A stretch of 64,000 nucleotides of DNA from an uncultured Pseudobdellovibrionaceae bacterium (GTDB lineage Bacteria; Bdellovibrionota; Bdellovibrionia; Bdellovibrionales; UBA1609), in NCBI GenBank assembly GCA_963803705.1, contig CAWDNU010000001.1, forward strand, positions 192,001-256,000. The letters run 5' to 3'. Each line of letters opens with the position of its first letter. The stretch's first letter is position 1. A program made the position numbers and the translations under genes. Below the pieces are notes generated by a model, which was given only the letters and a program-made list of their open reading frames with translations, had not been told where the DNA came from and did not search any database. Shown here piece after piece: positions 58,227 through 64,000 of this stretch.

Positions 58227-59657
58227 GTGTATAAGGAGCTAATACTGAATATGAGTGCTGTGTCAGGGTCCTTAAAAACAACTGTGATTGTAAGCGATTT
58301 GCATCTTTGTGAAGCTGAACCCGTGAACCCCAAAAGGCCATATTGGAAAAAATATAAGACGGCGCAATTTTTCTTTGATGACGAGTTCGAATCTCTACTT
58401 TTGCATATTCAAAAGGTTCATAAAAACCAACAGCTAGAACTGATTTTAAATGGTGATATTTTCGATTTTGATAGCGTAATGTCCTTACCAGAAAACCCTT
58501 CTTTTCGAGTCAATTGGTTAGAAAAATGCAGAGGGCTTTTCCCAGAAGAAGATAAATCCGAATTTAAAATAAAAAAAATTTTAGAGGTTCACCCAAAATT
58601 TGTTAGTGCTTTATCACTGTTTATCAAACAAGGCCATGAAGTTGTTTTTATTATTGGAAATCACGATGTAGAATTACATTTTCACAAGGTACAAAAAGCC
58701 TTAGAAGACGCGCTTCAATTAGAAGATAATGAAATTGACCGTTTTAGAGTCTGCGAGTTTTTTTATATCAGCGAAAGTGACACATTAGTAGAACACGGTA
58801 ACCAGTATGATCCATTTTGTATGGTTGAAAGCCCAGTTCGTCCATTTATTATCAAGAATGAAAGGCAACAGGTTAGAATACCATTTGGTGATTTGGCCAC
58901 TCGATATTTAATAAATGGAATGGGTTATTTCAACCCTCATTCTGAAAGCAATTTTATAATGTCAGCCTATGAATATGCTACATTTTTTTTGAAATACATG
59001 CTGAAAACTCAGCCTCTGATTGTTTTCACATGGCTTTGGAGTTCTATAATAATACTGTACAACTCTGTGGCTGATAAACTGGCGCCGCCAGTGAATGACC
59101 CGTTAACTTACGAAACAAAAATAGAAGAGATAGCATATAAGGCTAACGCGAAACCAAGAATGGTAAGGGAAATGTTACAGTTGGCTGTATCCCCAGCGAC
59201 AAGTTCGCCGCTACTAATTGCAAAAGAACTTTGGTTAGACAGAGCATTCTTGTTTTTAATTGGCTTCCTTATTTTAGTTCAGATATTTTTTATAATTGGT
59301 CAGCTATACAATATCTCTTTTTATTGGGTGCTCTTTGTGTATATGCTCTTTTTACCTTTCTTTGTTTTCTATTCTAGAACTATAACCTCAGATATTCAGA
59401 AATATAAAGAACCCAGGGAAAAGACACTGACATTATCCAGTTTGATTACAGGTGTTAAAAGAGTTGTTTATGGGCACACCCACCACGCGCTGCACGAAAT
59501 AATCGGGCCAGTTGAGCATTTAAATTCAGGAACTTGGTCACCCAATTTTAAAGATGTAGAATGCAAAATTCAAAATACGAAGAGAAATTATATTTTAATT
59601 CAACCTAACGACAGTTTAGACGGTAGAAATGCAAGCTTAGAGGTGTGGGAAGAATAA
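58227..59657 (+). CDS. Calcineurin-like metallophosphoesterase with an inserted TM hairpin
   Basis: SDLH, NGDIFD, GNHD, EHG and GHTH motifs; hydrophobic stretch before the last motif. Start may be ATG at 58251. Confidence 0.85.
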   Translation: MYKELILNMSAVSGSLKTTVIVSDLHLCEAEPVNPKRPYWKKYKTAQFFFDDEFESLLLHIQKVHKNQQLELILNGDIFDFDSVMSLPENPSFRVNWLEKCRGLFPEEDKSEFKIKKILEVHPKFVSALSLFIKQGHEVVFIIGNHDVELHFHKVQKALEDALQLEDNEIDRFRVCEFFYISESDTLVEHGNQYDPFCMVESPVRPFIIKNERQQVRIPFGDLATRYLINGMGYFNPHSESNFIMSAYEYATFFLKYMLKTQPLIVFTWLWSSIIILYNSVADKLAPPVNDPLTYETKIEEIAYKANAKPRMVREMLQLAVSPATSSPLLIAKELWLDRAFLFLIGFLILVQIFFIIGQLYNISFYWVLFVYMLFLPFFVFYSRTITSDIQKYKEPREKTLTLSSLITGVKRVVYGHTHHALHEIIGPVEHLNSGTWSPNFKDVECKIQNTKRNYILIQPNDSLDGRNASLEVWEE

Positions 59658-59770
59658 TTCGAATTCCGACTGAAAGCATCTAAGAAAAAGTTAATATTTC
59701 AGCTTATATCTATAAATCACTAACATTATTAGTTTTTTACATCCTTCATTTTAAGCAACTAAATTAAAAA

Positions 59771-59800
59771 TCAAAATAAATCAAAATAAATCAAAATAAA
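59771..59800. repeat. 10-bp tandem repeat (TCAAAATAAA)x3
   Basis: Read directly from the sequence, upstream of the histone gene. Confidence 0.85.
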
Positions 59801-59868
59801 TAAAAATTTGTCTGGAATATGGCACCACTTAACACGTATGATAGGGACAGAATTCAATAGGAGGATTT

Positions 59869-60063
59869 ATGGCTGATGTTTTAGTCGTTACAAGTAAAGT
59901 GAAAAAATACATAAAAGAAAAAAGTGGATGCAATACATCCTCAGAAACTATAGAAACTCTAAGCAAAGCTGTCGAACAACTTTGCCACCGCGGTGTCGAA
60001 TCAGCAAAGGCTGACGGACGAAAAACCGTCATGGCCAGAGATATCGTTATCGATCATCTTTAA
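59869..60063 (+). CDS. Bacterial histone-fold protein (Bd0055/HBb ortholog)
   Basis: MADVLVVTSKVKKYIKEKSGCNTSSETIETLSKAVEQLCHRGVESAKADGRKTVMARDIVIDHL has the histone L2 RKTV...D motif and closely matches the recalled Bd0055 sequence. Strong AGGAGG RBS and its own terminator. Confidence 0.92.
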   Translation: MADVLVVTSKVKKYIKEKSGCNTSSETIETLSKAVEQLCHRGVESAKADGRKTVMARDIVIDHL

Positions 60064-60091
60064 ACCATTTTAATAAATTAAAATTTCACAT

Positions 60092-60117
60092 AAGGCTCTT
60101 TACGAAGAGCCTTTCTT
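60092..60117 (+). terminator. Intrinsic terminator between the histone gene and convergent ligA
   Basis: AAGGCTCTT-TACG-AAGAGCCTT followed by TCTT. Confidence 0.8.
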
Positions 60118-60168
60118 AATCTGTAAGGCCCACTTAATCTAAATTATTTTAGCTTAATAGAAAGTGAT

Positions 60169-62274
<2,106 letters not shown>

Positions 62275-62330
62275 CTAAATATAACTGAAATATCGTAAAA
62301 GTCTTCAAAACTAATGATTTATAGCAGCGT

Positions 62331-62448
62331 CACTGCAGGTGAAGGTGTGGAACCTGATTGAAGCTTCACCGCAGGTGAAGGTGTGGAACCTGATTGGAGC
62401 TTCACCGCAGGTGAAGGTGTGGAACCTGATTGGAGCTTCACCGCAGGT
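62331..62448. repeat. 36-bp tandem repeat, about 3.3 copies, with an internal palindrome
   Basis: Unit CACCGCAGGTGAAGGTGTGGAACCTGATTGGAGCTT at 62331, 62367 and 62403, partial at 62439. Contains CTTCACC-GCA-GGTGAAG across unit junctions. Confidence 0.95.
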
Positions 62449-62555
62449 AAGCTCTGTACAGCTTACTCAACTCTGCGCTTGTCGTTGAGGCTTTTCTTTG
62501 CTTGGATTTTAGTCTAAAAACAGATAGAAAGAAAACCTCTCTAAAGGGGGTCTAA

Positions 62556-62846
62556 GTGAAAATAGATGTAGATAATGTTGCAGCCTTAGCAAGGCTAAAA
62601 ATGGATTCAAATCAGAAAAAAGATTTCGAAAATCAATTTGAAAAAATACTAGAATATTTTTCGAAACTGCAGGCGATAAAGACGGATGAGGTTGAGCCAC
62701 TAGTGACTCCTTTTGAAACCCATCAAAACTTAAGGTCCGATGAAGTTGAAGACTTCAGTCAATTTTCAAATGCAGTTCTTGAGGCCTCAGAATTTAAAAA
62801 GGACCGTCTTTTTATGGTTCCCCCAGTCGTTGGGGGGGAATCATGA
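62556..62846 (+). CDS. gatC: Asp/Glu-tRNA amidotransferase subunit C
   Basis: VAALARLK, VEPLVTP and FMVPPVV; precedes gatA. Confidence 0.9.
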   Translation: MKIDVDNVAALARLKMDSNQKKDFENQFEKILEYFSKLQAIKTDEVEPLVTPFETHQNLRSDEVEDFSQFSNAVLEASEFKKDRLFMVPPVVGGES

Positions 62847-64000
62847 ATGTTGAAAAACTAGGTCTTTACGAGCTCTCAAAGAAACTTGAATCAAAAAAGA
62901 TCTCATCTGAAGAGCTTACGCGCGAGTATTTAAAGCGCATCGAAAAGATTGATCCAAAGTTAAATTCATTTTTGAATATTAACGAAGATGCTATAACGAT
63001 TTCAAAAAAAGCGGACGACCTACGCTTCAAAGGCGAATTCACTAGCCCAATGTTGGGTTTGCCTTTCGCTGCAAAAGATATGTTTTGCACTAAAGGTATA
63101 AAAACCACTGCCGCCTCTAAAATTCTTTCTAATTTTACTCCACCTTACTCTGCTACAGTCATAAAGAAGCTAGAAGATCAAGGTATGGTTCTACTAGGCA
63201 AGACAAATTTAGATGAATTTGCTATGGGATCAAGTAACGAAACTTCTGCTTTTGGACCTGTCAGAAACCCATGGGACACCGATTACGTACCTGGTGGTTC
63301 AAGCGGGGGCTCAGCATCGGCAGTGTCTGCAAGGCTAGCACCATTAGCTCTAGGAACAGATACCGGCGGTTCCATTAGGCAGCCAGCCCACTTTTGTGGA
63401 GTCGTGGGTGTGAAACCTACTTACGGTAGAATCAGCCGGTACGGTGTGGTTTCTTTTGCTTCAAGTTTAGACCAAGCGGGACCTATGACTTTAAAAGTGA
63501 AAGACGCAGCTCTAGCTTTGGAATTTATGTCAGGATACGACGTTTCTGATAGCACTTCGGCTAAAAAAAATGTTCCTAGTTGGTCAAAAGATATCTCAAC
63601 TGAACTTAAAGGTTTAAAAGTAGGTCTTGTTAAGCAGTACATGGAGCAAGACCTAGATCCTGAAGTTAAAAAAGCGTGGGAGATATCTAAACAGGCACTA
63701 ACTGAAAAAGGCGCTCAATTCATTGAAGTTGATATCTCTTTGTCCGAGCATGCGATTCCAGTTTATTATCTTGTAGCGACAAGCGAAGCGTCCAGCAACC
63801 TTTCAAGGTACGATGGCATCCGTTACGGCGTTAGGTCCAATTTTAAAGAGTTACCTCCTGAAAGTTTGGACGATTTCTACGCTCGCTCCAGGGGTGAAGG
63901 TTTTGGTGAAGAAGTAAAAAGGCGTATTCTTTTAGGGACTTTTTCTTTATCTGCAGGATATTTTGATGCTTATTATATCAAAGCTTGCCAGGTGCGAAGG
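62843..64000 (+). CDS. gatA: Asp/Glu-tRNA amidotransferase subunit A, 3' end outside the window
   Basis: From ATG 62843: GKTNLDEFAMGSSNE, PGGSSGGSA, LGTDTGGSIRQPA and EASSNLSRYDGIRYG. Confidence 0.97.
   Translation, partial: MNVEKLGLYELSKKLESKKISSEELTREYLKRIEKIDPKLNSFLNINEDAITISKKADDLRFKGEFTSPMLGLPFAAKDMFCTKGIKTTAASKILSNFTPPYSATVIKKLEDQGMVLLGKTNLDEFAMGSSNETSAFGPVRNPWDTDYVPGGSSGGSASAVSARLAPLALGTDTGGSIRQPAHFCGVVGVKPTYGRISRYGVVSFASSLDQAGPMTLKVKDAALALEFMSGYDVSDSTSAKKNVPSWSKDISTELKGLKVGLVKQYMEQDLDPEVKKAWEISKQALTEKGAQFIEVDISLSEHAIPVYYLVATSEASSNLSRYDGIRYGVRSNFKELPPESLDDFYARSRGEGFGEEVKRRILLGTFSLSAGYFDAYYIKACQVRR

Noticed and set aside
59820..59836. Sigma-54 promoter for the histone gene (TGGCAC...)
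   Set aside because: The -12 GC dinucleotide is absent at the required GG-N10-GC spacing.
62331..62448. CRISPR mini-array (palindromic 36-bp unit)
   Set aside because: The sequence between palindromes is essentially identical in each copy, so there are no spacers.

Overview
Origin-of-replication region of an AT-rich Bdellovibrionota-like chromosome. The taxon is inferred from gene order and a near-identical copy of the Bdellovibrio histone Bd0055. On the minus strand it carries dnaA-dnaN-recF-gyrB-gyrA-TPR-atpZ/I/B, with oriC (DnaA boxes plus DnaA-trios) between dnaA and dnaN. On the plus strand it carries rpmH-rnpA-yidD-yidC-jag-mnmE-mnmG-rsmG-parAB (two parS sites)-bactofilin-atpF'FHAGDC. 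These are followed by a GH3 hexosaminidase, mfd, the membrane-arm-only nuoAHJKLMN cluster, patatin, lon, an LpoA-like lipoprotein, dnaJ-like/grpE/hemW, an M16 peptidase, tatBC, plsC-like, a Met gamma-lyase-like enzyme, a metallophosphoesterase, a bacterial histone, ligA and gatCA. About 26.3-33.7 kb is dense in frameshifts that look like long-read consensus errors. The most notable items are the bacterial histone, two unrelated 36-bp tandem arrays (one forming GGA/GAA-loop hairpins right against a ribosome-binding site), a MITE-like element between the parS sites, an HTH/coiled-coil protein with upstream repeats, and sigma54/sigma28-like promoters at orphan genes.
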